Source: a virus
Taxonomy: Duplodnaviria; Caudoviricetes
Length of the DNA: 63,384 nucleotides
Virus record (IMG/VR): IMGVR_UViG_3300017987_000091
Location: 1 to 63,384 of that record
Direction: 5' to 3' (one strand)
The notes below the pieces were generated by a model, which did no database searches, had not been told where the DNA came from, and worked only from the letters and a program-made list of their open reading frames with translations. The first letter of the stretch is position 1. Each line of letters starts with the position of its first letter. Below are positions 16,814 through 27,037 of this stretch, piece by piece. A program made the position numbers and the translations under genes.

Positions 16814-18007
16814 CTACGCATAGAAGTTGGCCCGCTTCCTGGTTTTGTAGTCCCCACCGGCTTGGTAGTACAGCCGTGGGTTGTGGACCACCCTGGCGGT
16901 GGTGCTTGGATCTGCTGTCGTACCTGCTGCGCCAGCATTTCCCGAAACGCCGTTATTTCCATCACCACCACCACCAGCACCCCCTGAACCACCGACACCA
17001 CCGGCGCCGGCAGATTGCGTCCCTACTGCTGTGGTTGAAGGCGCGTTATACCAGTTCGATCCGGGGTGCGCCGTTTTCGCTTTGTACCGGCCGCCGCCGC
17101 CGGATCCTGCACCGCTGCCACCGTCGCCCCCGTCCCCGCCGGCGCCGTCGCCCCCGTCCCCGCCATTGCCACCGTTCCCCCCTTTTCCACCCCTTGCATA
17201 GATCCCCGTCCCACTATTGCAGTACAGCTTCACGGCTTCCAGGAAAACGCAACCACCTGAACCACCGCCGGCGCCTTTTCCAGCACCACCGCCACCGCCA
17301 CCGCCGTGCAGTACGTTGCCGTTTGCCCCGTTTCCAGCGTCCCCACCGTCACCACCGTCACCACCGTCAGCCTTCAGATCTACACCGTCAACGATCCCAT
17401 ACCGTTTCCCGATGATCGCGATCATCGCACCGCCAAGGCCACCCTTCCCACCGCTCAGGCCGTGCTGACCGGCCACGATAGCCGTGGCACCACCACCACC
17501 GGCGCCAGCAGCACCGCCACCACCGAAGCCCTGGGATCGATCGTCGCCACTTTGCGTTCCGCTGGTGGTGCCGTGTGATCCGGCGCCGTCGCCACCGCTG
17601 CCCCCGTCGCCACCAGTAGAAAAAGATCCGACACCACCGCTCCCCCCGCGGCCTATTTCGCCAGCTTTCCCACCACCAAGGCCACCATACGATCCGCCAC
17701 CGCTTCCTTGTCCCCCACCAGTGCCAGATGCTGCCGCGCCGTCGCCACCGTCGCCACCGTCGCCGCTTGGAGTTGTTCCACCCGTGCCGCCGGATCCTGA
17801 TGAACCACTGGCCCCACCGCGTGCGTTTCCGTCAATATCTGACTTTATTTCATAGTCAACACATTGGACTTCCAGTGGATCCAGCTTCGTGGTGGTAACT
17901 GTCGCGCCTGAAGCTACCGTGAAGATCCCGACGTTGGTGTGGGTTCCACCGATTTCCGTCACCCCGCTGACGGTCCAGTCACGGCCTTCGTGGTCGGTGG
18001 TGCTCAA
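16814..18007 (-). CDS. Glycine-rich tail fibre/adhesin
   Basis: Extensive GGxGG repeats; TTG start with GGAGG RBS. Confidence 0.7.
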   Translation of the reverse strand: MSTTDHEGRDWTVSGVTEIGGTHTNVGIFTVASGATVTTTKLDPLEVQCVDYEIKSDIDGNARGGASGSSGSGGTGGTTPSGDGGDGGDGAAASGTGGGQGSGGGSYGGLGGGKAGEIGRGGSGGVGSFSTGGDGGSGGDGAGSHGTTSGTQSGDDRSQGFGGGGAAGAGGGGATAIVAGQHGLSGGKGGLGGAMIAIIGKRYGIVDGVDLKADGGDGGDGGDAGNGANGNVLHGGGGGGGAGKGAGGGSGGCVFLEAVKLYCNSGTGIYARGGKGGNGGNGGDGGDGAGGDGGDGGSGAGSGGGGRYKAKTAHPGSNWYNAPSTTAVGTQSAGAGGVGGSGGAGGGGDGNNGVSGNAGAAGTTADPSTTARVVHNPRLYYQAGGDYKTRKRANFYA

Positions 18008-19483
18008 CTACACCTCCCGAACGGCCCACATGTCGAAGTATTGGTAGGCCACGGTGGTGCTGCCCCCCACCTGCTTGATTTCGACCTTGCCCACCCTGAA
18101 GGTGTCGGCGCTTTCCCCTGACACGTCGATCGTGCCCGTCTTGATCGTTTCGCTGGCGTCGGTGATCCCGGTCAGTTCCCAGTAGGCTGCGCCCACCGAC
18201 ACCTTGATCGACATGCTGCCGGTGCCGGAAACACGTTTACAGCCGACCTTCACCCGCATGTCGTCAGGCTTGAAGTCACCAGAATCCAACACGATCCTGG
18301 TGTCGGCCGTTTTGTCGTAGCTGGAATCTGTGGTGCTGAAATAGTGATCATCGTTCCACACCAGCGCCAGGCCGTCCTGACCACCACCCCCGCCCACGTT
18401 CTGCTTCTGCACCTTCTTCAGTTCGCCGGTGGCGTTGTCTTCCAGCAGCAGCCAGTCGTTGTCTGCTGGGCTGCTTTCTTCCGTCAGCCTGGACAGGATG
18501 CCGGTGCGGCCGGTGTGGATCGCTTCGTTCAGCGTGCCGGCCGAAGCGGTGATCGTGCCGGCGACGTTCGGGCAGTCCACCGCCACGTCGGTGCCGGCGC
18601 TGGTGTAGATCGCTGTGCCGCTGCTTCCTTCGATTTCAGCGGCCCGCATGTACAGTTCAGCGCCTGAAGCGTCAGCCCTGACGCACGTGCCGGTGGAACC
18701 GCAGGCCACGTCCCCGTCCACCGTCAGCCAGATCTGGGACGTTGACCGGGCCGAATAGATACCGTACCCCCCGTTGCACTTCACACGGCCGACGCGGCCG
18801 GTGATCAGGCCGTAGGTGTCTGAACCACCGATCGCCGTCCCACTGTCCACTGAAACATATTCGACATTTATACTCAGCTGGCCGGTGGTGGCGCACGTCA
18901 GGCCGTGGGCGCCTGTCGATCCGATCACCTGCTGGCCCTGCACGTAGGCGCGACCACCGCCTGACTTGTGAATGCAGGTTCCCGTGGACCGTTCCACGTT
19001 GTTGAACCTGAAGGTGCTGTCCCCTTCGACGGTCACCGCACCGCTGAACATATTGTTGGGGCATTCCCACCTCGTCCAGCTGGCCACGGTGAACCCTTCG
19101 GTGTGCGTCGCACCGTCCAGGCTGATCACCGCCACCCGGTTCCCCGTCGCCGGCGACAGCCCCGCGGCCTTCGTCTGGGCCGTGTCAGGGGACGCCACGG
19201 CCGTCCCTGGGCTCAACCCGTCGTTGGTGTTGTCGCCGTGTTCGGCCAGGAACACCGCCTGCGACCATGGGAAGCCTGCTTCGTTGTAGTAGTACCAGTC
19301 GCCGTTCAGGTAAATCCGTGGCTTGTGCGCCGCGGTGTTTACATACCACTGGCCTTCTATCGGGGTTCCAAGGCCGTCTCCGGTGCTGTCCCAGTGCCTT
19401 GCCTGGATTTCCGCTAGGGCCCCGGCGTCGTTGGTATAACGGCCCTGGTAGGCGTCAGGACCGAAGGGATTATCCCAAGCCAT
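18008..19483 (-). CDS. Tail fibre/spike with probable beta-helix region
   Basis: GDNTNDGLSPGTA motif and repetitive beta segments; N-terminus paralogous to 19499-20677. Confidence 0.65.
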   Translation of the reverse strand: MAWDNPFGPDAYQGRYTNDAGALAEIQARHWDSTGDGLGTPIEGQWYVNTAAHKPRIYLNGDWYYYNEAGFPWSQAVFLAEHGDNTNDGLSPGTAVASPDTAQTKAAGLSPATGNRVAVISLDGATHTEGFTVASWTRWECPNNMFSGAVTVEGDSTFRFNNVERSTGTCIHKSGGGRAYVQGQQVIGSTGAHGLTCATTGQLSINVEYVSVDSGTAIGGSDTYGLITGRVGRVKCNGGYGIYSARSTSQIWLTVDGDVACGSTGTCVRADASGAELYMRAAEIEGSSGTAIYTSAGTDVAVDCPNVAGTITASAGTLNEAIHTGRTGILSRLTEESSPADNDWLLLEDNATGELKKVQKQNVGGGGGQDGLALVWNDDHYFSTTDSSYDKTADTRIVLDSGDFKPDDMRVKVGCKRVSGTGSMSIKVSVGAAYWELTGITDASETIKTGTIDVSGESADTFRVGKVEIKQVGGSTTVAYQYFDMWAVREV

Positions 19484-19498
19484 AGGGCTGCCCCTTCG

Positions 19499-20677
19499 CT
19501 AGTAGGTTCGCCAGTCGGTGTTCAGCGTGCCGTGTGCGAAATAGGTGATCTTGTTCGTGGTGTCGAAGCACCTTGCACCCTGCTGGTTCGGCGTTACCAC
19601 ACCGTTGGGGTTGCCGGCGTTTTCCTGGTAGCCGCGTGGCTTCTGATCGTTTAGGAACACCAGCGCCGTGTTCACGTCGGTGGCGCCGTTCAGGTCGGTC
19701 AACGCTGCGCCGGTATCACCGCACCCGATCAGGCTGGCACCTTCGGTGCCGCTGGCGGTGTCGCCCAGTTCGGTTTCGGTGAAATACCGGCCGTCATGGT
19801 GGTGGATCGTGCAGTCCCCGGAGTCGGTCAGATCCGTGTGCTGCGTCAGCGTCAGGTGATAATACTGCGCCGGCGAAGCCTGACCACCCTGAAGCCCCAG
19901 CGTGCTATTGTGGCTGATGGACTTCGCGAATTCCTTGAAGATCAGGGCGTCGGTGTTGACGACGGCCGATCCTTCGTCGTTGCTGCACCTGAAGGACAGT
20001 TCCCCGTAATTGGTGCCCTGGTCGATCGTCATGACCCTGCTGTGCGCGCTGTCGTTGTTGGACATTTCCGCCACGCGCGTCAGGATCCAGGGGTTCGATC
20101 CGTCGCCCACCTGCGTCAGCGTATAGACGCCATTGTCCACGTGGCCGGTGTCGTCGGTGTGGGCCACCAAATACCTGGCATCCAGCAGCGGCCCAACGCC
20201 GTCCTGACTTGGAAAGGCGCCGTTGCCGCTGGCCGTCATAACGTCCACCACCCTGGCATAAGCTGGAAGGCCGGTGCGATCCGCCAGGGCCCGCACGTCG
20301 TCAAGCCAAAAAAGCCCCTGCGTTGCGGCCGCAATGGCGTCTTCCATTTGCTTCACGGTGCAGCTGTCCTGCGATCCAGCGGCACCGTTCACCAGGCCGG
20401 TCAGCTTGAAGCTGCCCACGGCCCAGTTTGCCGTCAGCGGGGTGGTGCCGTCCGTCTTCACGTAGGGACCATTGATCGCGATGGTTTGCCAGGCGCTGCC
20501 GTCGTAGTACCGCGGAACGTTGTCGGTGGTGTTTGCGTACCACTGGCCTTCAATCGGATTTCCCAGGCCATCGCCGGAACTGTCCCACTTGCGGGCCCTG
20601 ATTTCAGCCCAGGCCGCGGCATCGTTGGCGAATTCCCCTTGGTAGTTGTCAGGGCCGTACTGCGTTGCATATGCCAT
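19499..20677 (-). CDS. Tail fibre protein
   Basis: YVKTDGTTPLT...KLTGL, DNGVY...WILTR and HHHDGRYFTETE fibre-type motifs. Confidence 0.7.
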   Translation of the reverse strand: MAYATQYGPDNYQGEFANDAAAWAEIRARKWDSSGDGLGNPIEGQWYANTTDNVPRYYDGSAWQTIAINGPYVKTDGTTPLTANWAVGSFKLTGLVNGAAGSQDSCTVKQMEDAIAAATQGLFWLDDVRALADRTGLPAYARVVDVMTASGNGAFPSQDGVGPLLDARYLVAHTDDTGHVDNGVYTLTQVGDGSNPWILTRVAEMSNNDSAHSRVMTIDQGTNYGELSFRCSNDEGSAVVNTDALIFKEFAKSISHNSTLGLQGGQASPAQYYHLTLTQHTDLTDSGDCTIHHHDGRYFTETELGDTASGTEGASLIGCGDTGAALTDLNGATDVNTALVFLNDQKPRGYQENAGNPNGVVTPNQQGARCFDTTNKITYFAHGTLNTDWRTY

Positions 20678-20694
20678 TTTTCAAGCTCCTAAAT

Positions 20695-21405
20695 TCAGAA
20701 GGTGGTCCACACCTGCGATCCGTCTGCTGTGCAGCGGTATTCGATCCCGTTGTCGGTGTCGGTGTACCGCTGGCCCCTGAAGCCAGTGCGCACGCCGTTG
20801 GGGTTCCCCGCCCCGCTGATCCTGGGGATCTGCCCGAATTCGTTGCGGTCAGCGTTCAACAGGGCCGCATAGTCGGCATCGTTGCCCAGGATCAAGATCG
20901 GGAAGTTCACCACGTAGGTGCCAGCCGGCAGCTGGTGGTTGGTGTACCCCGTGGGGTTGCCCAGCGGGTGGTACACAAAGGAAACCTGCAGGTTATAGCC
21001 GCCGGGGTTGTCGTTGATATCGTCCCCGTCGCTGCTGCCGTTGGCGGCCTGCAGCAACCCGAACACCACTTCACCGTTCGGGCCACCGCACAGTTCCCCG
21101 TTGTCGTCCTTCCTGATCTGCAGGTGGTTGATCAGGATCCCGCGTTCCTTCGCTTCAGCGGTTCCCATGGACGGCGATCCCGCCGTGAAGATGGATTCCA
21201 CCGCGCACACCACCCCCCGGTGCGTCGTGCTGGCCGAACCACCGATCGCCAGCTTGGCGGCCGCGCCAGGCGGCAGCATGGTGGACACCAGCTGCGTCAC
21301 GTAGGACGCACCAGCCAGGACGATCTTGGCCGTCCCTGGGATTGCCCCACACTGCTGGCCGATCGGGCCCAGCGGTGGAATGGGGGCTGGTAGCAGTTCG
21401 GCCAT
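20695..21405 (-). CDS. Tail-associated protein
   Basis: C-terminal GAGNPNG...G.RY.DT module shared with 19499-20677. Confidence 0.6.
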   Translation of the reverse strand: MAELLPAPIPPLGPIGQQCGAIPGTAKIVLAGASYVTQLVSTMLPPGAAAKLAIGGSASTTHRGVVCAVESIFTAGSPSMGTAEAKERGILINHLQIRKDDNGELCGGPNGEVVFGLLQAANGSSDGDDINDNPGGYNLQVSFVYHPLGNPTGYTNHQLPAGTYVVNFPILILGNDADYAALLNADRNEFGQIPRISGAGNPNGVRTGFRGQRYTDTDNGIEYRCTADGSQVWTTF

Positions 21406-21408
21406 GGT

Positions 21409-21813
21409 CTATTCCTTCAGGTTGTCGTTGATCTGTTCCAGCCGTTCCTTCAGGGCAGCGATGGCGCTTTTCCGCGTCTTGCCGCCGTGTTCAGCCTGGA
21501 TCAGCGCCTGGACGTGGCCGGGATCGTTGATCTCCACCAGGGCCTTCTTCAAGGCCGCCACGCTTTGATCCAGCAGCCCCAGGTCGTATTCCACAGGCGC
21601 CGGCGCCTTGGTGTGCCCCATGGGTTCCTTGTCCACAAGCTGCCCTTCAGGCGTCAGGTACACCAGCCGGTGTTCGGCCTGGGCTTGCCTGAATTCGGCG
21701 TACAGCTGATCTTCCACGTCTTCCCGAAGGAACCGGGTGATATCCACCCCGATCGGGGCTTCGTGCCCAAACACCACCTGGCGCGTGTTGCGGTCCAAAA
21801 ATAGGGTGATCAT
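21409..21813 (-). CDS. Hypothetical protein with C-terminal helical AE..GK.RK motif
   Basis: AGGAG RBS; ...ALIQAEHGGKTRKSAIAALKERL. Confidence 0.6.
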   Translation of the reverse strand: MITLFLDRNTRQVVFGHEAPIGVDITRFLREDVEDQLYAEFRQAQAEHRLVYLTPEGQLVDKEPMGHTKAPAPVEYDLGLLDQSVAALKKALVEINDPGHVQALIQAEHGGKTRKSAIAALKERLEQINDNLKE

Positions 21814-21823
21814 GGTTTCGCTC

Positions 21824-22636
21824 CTATGCTGTTTCACGTAGTCCGAAAAGGGTCATATAAAGGGTTTCAATGTCCAACGACCAGCGCCTGCTGCTGCTGC
21901 TGTCGCAGTTCATATCGATCACGATCGATCCATTTCCTGGGACGGTATAGTGCGACCAGATCCGCGTTGGGCTGCCGGCATATTCGTGGCGTTCCGTCAC
22001 GTCGGCCGCTGCCACAGCGTTGTCGCACAGCAACATCCCCCGCGGTTCCATGTCACCCCACAGGGTGAAGGTTTTATCCGGCCAGTTGTTATGGGTGGAT
22101 TTCGTGTATTGATCAAATACTCCATTCAGGTCGTACCAAAAACCGGCTTCCTTGGTGCTGTCGTTGCGCCTGTATTTTATCCCCCATACGTCGGGATAGT
22201 TATTAAGCAGTATCCTGAACCCGGCTTCACCTGCGCCACTTATAAAGGCGTTGGTGATTTTCGACACCATCATGGTGCGGGTGGATATCAGGCACGGGTG
22301 GTGAAGGGGATAATCCTTGTAAATACTAATGCCATTGTAGCTTCCACTACCTGGTCCAGTTATTTCACCTTCAAACTTTCCGCCGTTGAACCGCGCCACG
22401 TGCACCGTGGGGCTGCCGCTTGTGTTGTACCCCCACCCGTTTGGGCTGGGCGATCCTTCAGTCAGGAAGTCCCAGTTCTGATCGAAGTCTTCATGGATAG
22501 GAACCAGCCCCGCACCGAAGCGTTCCCGCGCCAGTCCTTCCAGTATTTGCTGCACGTTGAACCTGCTGGGATCCAGCCCTGGCACAGCGTTACACCGAAC
22601 TGAAGAAGCACGCCCTGTTCGTTGTCCAATTCCCAT
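21824..22636 (-). CDS. Hypothetical tail/receptor-binding-like protein, lower GC
   Basis: Beta-rich 270-aa ORF, visibly more AT-rich than its flanks. Confidence 0.55.
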   Translation of the reverse strand: MGIGQRTGRASSVRCNAVPGLDPSRFNVQQILEGLARERFGAGLVPIHEDFDQNWDFLTEGSPSPNGWGYNTSGSPTVHVARFNGGKFEGEITGPGSGSYNGISIYKDYPLHHPCLISTRTMMVSKITNAFISGAGEAGFRILLNNYPDVWGIKYRRNDSTKEAGFWYDLNGVFDQYTKSTHNNWPDKTFTLWGDMEPRGMLLCDNAVAAADVTERHEYAGSPTRIWSHYTVPGNGSIVIDMNCDSSSSRRWSLDIETLYMTLFGLRETA

Positions 22637-22638
22637 TG

Positions 22639-23373
22639 TTAACTCCCTGACGTTTCTTCCTGCACCGCTGGCGCAACATTGACCAGCGGGGCATAGGTGA
22701 TCGTTGAACCGTCGCTGGTACCGTCCACGCTGGCCAATTCCACATAAAGGCGATCCAGGCCGGCGGTCTCGAAGCGTTCCATGAATCCCCGATAGTCCAG
22801 CACGAATTCCTGATCCAGCACCATGCGCCAGTTCGGTGGTTTATTGGCGGTGACGGTGGCCCTGTACGTACCGAACAGCCGCATGGTGGCTTGATCGGGA
22901 TCTGCCACCACCGCCAGGTCGGCGGTGCCCGTCGTCGCTTCGCTGATGTAATAGTGTGTTTCCGTGTCGCCGGTGATCGTCACCTGGTTGTATGTGGCGC
23001 TTCCACCGATCTTCACGGCGGTGGCCGTTACCACCCCACCGGCCCCAGTGTTCACCGCGTCGCGGATCCCTTCGATCACGTCTTCTTCGTCAACGGCCCC
23101 GCCGGCGCCGGCGTCATAGGCGCACACCACCCCGTTGATATAGATCGTGTAAGTGGCCGTAAGGTCCAGCGTGGCGATGGTAACCAAGGCGGTGCGCCGG
23201 TGTATTTCCGTGCGCATCTGAACGTCCACCAACGTCTTCGGGCAGTTTTCCAGATCCACCCCGTCGTCGGCCGTGTCAGGCGCCCCGGTGAACGTGGCCT
23301 GGTTAGTCCACTTGGGATCGCGGCCCACCATCAGGGTGGCCAGCAGGTTCGCCAATTCGTACATGGTCGCCAT
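22639..23373 (-). CDS. Hypothetical structural protein
   Basis: 244-aa ORF with GGAGG RBS in the tail module. Confidence 0.6.
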   Translation of the reverse strand: MATMYELANLLATLMVGRDPKWTNQATFTGAPDTADDGVDLENCPKTLVDVQMRTEIHRRTALVTIATLDLTATYTIYINGVVCAYDAGAGGAVDEEDVIEGIRDAVNTGAGGVVTATAVKIGGSATYNQVTITGDTETHYYISEATTGTADLAVVADPDQATMRLFGTYRATVTANKPPNWRMVLDQEFVLDYRGFMERFETAGLDRLYVELASVDGTSDGSTITYAPLVNVAPAVQEETSGS

Positions 23374-23376
23374 GGT

Positions 23377-24699
23377 CTATTCCTCCGGTATCGCCAGCTG
23401 ACGATAGGGCAAGAACTGTTCAGTTGAAGCATGCCGGCGCCACAGCTTCGGACGTTGCCCCCCATACAAGGAAACGATGTCCTGATCGGGCGTGTTTTTT
23501 ATTGCACAGAAAACGCGCGCCCCGTCAGAAGCTGCAGCAAAGATGTCGTAGTTGGTTGAACCGTCCCTGTTGTACCAGTTCCAAACTTCCACCAGGTCGG
23601 CCTTGGTGAACGCCCGAACGGTTCCCACCGTTGCCGAACTGGTGACGGCATACACAAACCGATCATCACAGGAAACCCACGACACGGCGGTGGTGGATCG
23701 CGCCACTGAAATTTCCCCCTGAATACAGCCGCGAACTTCCAGTTCGTTGGTGGTGGCGGGGTACCCCACAAACAGCCGGCTGCCATCTGTGGCCAGCTGG
23801 CCCGTCTGATCACATTCAGTGGACTGGACCCGATCCCATGACAAATAGGCGGTGTCTATTCCGTTGCCGCCTTCGTTGGCGAAGTCCTTGCCGTTTTCTG
23901 CATTGATCCCCCTGATGGTGGCGCCACTTCCCCCCACCCTGGCGTCCCCGGCAAGGAACAGCTGGGCGCCGTTGGTTGCGCAACAGTACAGCACTTCGGT
24001 GGCGGTGCCATGGGCATAGGACCACACCGGCGTCGGTGTGCCGGTGTCGCTCAACGTGATGGCCCTGGCCCACATGTTGCCGGTGCCCTTGGCCCCAACG
24101 AAGTAGGCGTTGACGCCATCCAGGCAAACGTCGTGAACGGCGGCCCCGTGGTCGTACAGCCACCGCTGCGTCCCGTCCATGTCCCAGCATTCCACGTAGT
24201 CGCCATAGCAGGCCACCACGTAGGTGCCATCGGTCACGGCCCGCTTGATCGCGCCGGTGTTCGTTTTCGTGTAGTTCGCCACCAGGGTGACCATGTTGCG
24301 TTCATAGGCAAGCAAGTTCCCAGGTGATGGCACCCCACCGAAGGCAACCAGCACCCCTTTGCCCCACACGTCCACCGAAACCGGATCAACTGACCAGGAC
24401 TTGTCCCATTCGCCGTACACCTTGCCGGGGTACATTACCGCGCTGTATTCGTCCAGGATGAACGTTTCCCCCGCCGCTGTACCGTCGATCGCGTCTTCCA
24501 GGTCGGTGTACTTCGTCACCCCGGCCTTGAAGTGGGCCAGCCAGTCGTATAAGTTTTTCCAGATCCAGTTCGTCCAGGCGTTGGGCGGGATCATGCCCCC
24601 CAGCCAGCCACTGTCTTCCACCTGCGTCGTGGGCTGTTCCACGTCGCTGGGATCGGCGCTGTTCGCCCAGTCCAGGATCGTCGTCGGTGGTGTCGTCAT
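23377..24699 (-). CDS. Baseplate-anchored tail fibre with beta-propeller-like repeats
   Basis: N-terminal W...SGW..G..PP..W.NW fibre anchor; repeated ATDG/ATNG..F/Y blades; ATGA coupling. Confidence 0.7.
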   Translation of the reverse strand: MTTPPTTILDWANSADPSDVEQPTTQVEDSGWLGGMIPPNAWTNWIWKNLYDWLAHFKAGVTKYTDLEDAIDGTAAGETFILDEYSAVMYPGKVYGEWDKSWSVDPVSVDVWGKGVLVAFGGVPSPGNLLAYERNMVTLVANYTKTNTGAIKRAVTDGTYVVACYGDYVECWDMDGTQRWLYDHGAAVHDVCLDGVNAYFVGAKGTGNMWARAITLSDTGTPTPVWSYAHGTATEVLYCCATNGAQLFLAGDARVGGSGATIRGINAENGKDFANEGGNGIDTAYLSWDRVQSTECDQTGQLATDGSRLFVGYPATTNELEVRGCIQGEISVARSTTAVSWVSCDDRFVYAVTSSATVGTVRAFTKADLVEVWNWYNRDGSTNYDIFAAASDGARVFCAIKNTPDQDIVSLYGGQRPKLWRRHASTEQFLPYRQLAIPEE

Positions 24700-25283
24700 A
24701 TCAACCTCGCCCATGTGCCGACGCTGTAGCCGAAGGCGCCGGGGGTTTCTGCGAACCCGAAGAAGCCTTCAAGGGCTTCCACCAGCACCATCTTCACGCC
24801 CTGCGGTTTGATGTTTTCGGCGAACCTGCGCACCCTGTCGCGCAGGGGGTCGCCCATGAATTCCTTGCGGATCACCATGCAGTAAAAGCCGGCCGGGAAC
24901 ATGTCCACGGTGCGCACTTCCACCGCTTCGGTGATGATCTCCAATATGTGGATAAAGGCGTCTTCTGGCGCTTCGTCGCCGGGGAACCTGTTGGCCAGCA
25001 GCCGCGCCTGAATGAAGGGCCTGTATTCGTCGTCGGTCAGCCCACCACGCGGTTCCCCCACCAGGATCCCCCACTGATCCAGCAGGGCCCCAACAGCGGC
25101 CGAAGGGGACCGTGAAACGATCATGCTGAAGGTGTCTTCTTCCTGCACCTGGCACGCTTCGGCGATGGCTTCCACCAGCGCGACGATCCGCGGCCTGTTC
25201 TGGAACTGGCGCAGCAAATCCCGCACGGCGTCCTTCTTGTGGTCGGGGTTCATCACGAACTGAGTCTGGGACTGGCTGGCCAC
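24696..25283 (-). CDS. Baseplate wedge protein (DUF2612-like)
   Basis: AVGALLDQWGILVGEPR...LTDDEYR; follows baseplate J. Confidence 0.8.
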   Translation of the reverse strand: MASQSQTQFVMNPDHKKDAVRDLLRQFQNRPRIVALVEAIAEACQVQEEDTFSMIVSRSPSAAVGALLDQWGILVGEPRGGLTDDEYRPFIQARLLANRFPGDEAPEDAFIHILEIITEAVEVRTVDMFPAGFYCMVIRKEFMGDPLRDRVRRFAENIKPQGVKMVLVEALEGFFGFAETPGAFGYSVGTWARLI

Positions 25284-25293
25284 TGCGTTCCCC

Positions 25294-26472
25294 CTACAAG
25301 TGCACCGTGGTGCTGGTCAGGTTCAGGATTTCGTTGAAGTCAGGTTCGGCGCTGGTCACCGCGCCGGCGCCGATGTTGAAGGTCACCGTGGCCCGCTTCA
25401 GCCCCGCGACGCTGGCGATCTGCCCCTGCAGGTCAAGATCCTGGATCGATTCCCCCACCGTCAGCAGCGCAAACAGGGCTTCGTTTGCTTCTTCGATCGG
25501 GGTGTCCACGTCGGTCAGCACGTACCCCGGTTCCAGCTCCACCGTCACGTCGGTGGTGCAGCCCAGCTGCGACGCCCAGCTGAAGCTAATGGACTTGGAA
25601 AGGCCGTCGCGCTTGGTTACCGTGCGCGTCACGTCGGCCCCGTTGGCCTTGATCCCCTGCGGCAGCTGCATGTAAATCGTTTCGGCCACTTCGTCCTTTT
25701 GCGCGTCGGTCAGGCTGTTGGGCCAAATGATCGACGTGCTGCTGTTCGGGGGTACCGTCACCCCACCGATCACCTGCTGCGTCGGTTCGTCGTTGTCGAT
25801 CACCAGCGCGGCCGCCACGTAGTCCAGGGCCGACAGGTTGGCCAGCAGGCTGTTGCTGTTTCCGCTGCCGTAGATCGATCCCCCTTCAGACTGGCGCAGC
25901 TTGTATTCGTCGTCGGTTTCCCTGTCCTGGCCGTCAGTGCTTTCGGCTGCGTTCGTCACACTGTCCCAGCCGCTGACCGGGGTGACGATCTTGTCAATGT
26001 CGCCGATGTCAGCATGGATCGATCCGGCTTCTTCGGCCTGCACCTGCACGTCCACCGTGCCACCACCCCCGATCGTGGCGTCGGTCAACGTCTTCCACCT
26101 GGCGCGGCCGTCGTCGCCCCCACCTTCCACCACGTTGCTGGACGGGATCACCGTGCCGGCTGTCCCCGACAGGGTGACCGTGGCCAGGCTGTAGGTGGCT
26201 TCGTTGCGGAAAACACCGATCAGCCCACCGATATCGTCCAGCTGGGCCCCGGTGGCGCCGTTCCGGTTGAAGGCGTCGTAAACGGCCTGCAGGCCTTCAC
26301 TAAGCTCCCCCAGCCGGATCGAAGCGTTGGCGGTGATATTCCCCAGGAAAGTATCATCTGACCAGTCATTCACCAGGCCGGTGGCTGCGTCGTAGTAGTC
26401 GCGCATGATCTGGCGAAAGTCGGCGGCCCTGCGGGCCAGGAACCCCGTGCTGGAAAGGCCGTAGGTGGTCAT
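25294..26472 (-). CDS. Baseplate J/gp47-family protein
   Basis: ATGAQLDDIG, GTAGTVIP, IVTPVSGW, GQDRETDDEYKLR. Confidence 0.9.
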   Translation of the reverse strand: MTTYGLSSTGFLARRAADFRQIMRDYYDAATGLVNDWSDDTFLGNITANASIRLGELSEGLQAVYDAFNRNGATGAQLDDIGGLIGVFRNEATYSLATVTLSGTAGTVIPSSNVVEGGGDDGRARWKTLTDATIGGGGTVDVQVQAEEAGSIHADIGDIDKIVTPVSGWDSVTNAAESTDGQDRETDDEYKLRQSEGGSIYGSGNSNSLLANLSALDYVAAALVIDNDEPTQQVIGGVTVPPNSSTSIIWPNSLTDAQKDEVAETIYMQLPQGIKANGADVTRTVTKRDGLSKSISFSWASQLGCTTDVTVELEPGYVLTDVDTPIEEANEALFALLTVGESIQDLDLQGQIASVAGLKRATVTFNIGAGAVTSAEPDFNEILNLTSTTVHL

Positions 26473-26900
26473 GATCCGATCCTTCCTGAACCCTGCGTCA
26501 CGATCCCGATGGTCACCGCGGGGTTCCTATTGCCAGGACCATCCCCGATCGGTGACACGGCCACCGACAGTTCCCCCTGTTCGGTGGAAACCGTGGCCGT
26601 GAAGCTGACCGTGCGGGTGGCCTGGTCCCAGGTCGCTGTTCCCCCGCTGACGATCCGATCCACTTCGGGGGCCGTTTCGATTTCCCGGCGAAGGTCGGCG
26701 CCGATATCGTCCAGGGGCACCGGCTTCGTGGTGGTCCATTCCATGTAGTTCAGGCCCTTGGTTTCGTCCAGGATCCATTCCCCCAGGAACCGGCGTAGCC
26801 GGATCATCAGCCGCTGCCGGATCACTTCGATCCCGGTGCCTTGCGCCGGCTTCGTCGGCAGATCCCAGGTGACGGGATCCAGTAGCACGTCGATCGCCAT
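26469..26900 (-). CDS. Baseplate wedge subunit (gp46/gp25-like)
   Basis: QRLMIRLRRFLGEWILDETKG motif; synteny. Confidence 0.8.
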   Translation of the reverse strand: MAIDVLLDPVTWDLPTKPAQGTGIEVIRQRLMIRLRRFLGEWILDETKGLNYMEWTTTKPVPLDDIGADLRREIETAPEVDRIVSGGTATWDQATRTVSFTATVSTEQGELSVAVSPIGDGPGNRNPAVTIGIVTQGSGRIGS

Positions 26901-27037
26901 TCAACACCCCCAGCCAACCAGCGGCCGCCTGACGGCCGTGGACGTGCTGCGGCTACCACCACAGGGGTGACGCCAGGAACGCCCAGGACGCGCCAGGCTG
27001 GCCCTGCTGCTGTTGAAATTTCGCGCCTGGTCGCCCA

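Noticed and set aside
16814-18007. Diversity-generating retroelement or invertible fibre cassette
   Set aside because: No reverse transcriptase, invertase or template/variable repeat pair was seen; the repeats are Gly codons.
18000-18015. TAG read-through fusing the two fibre genes, or a recoded stop codon
   Set aside because: The TTG has its own GGAGG RBS, TAG ends many normal genes here, and no suppressor tRNA is present.
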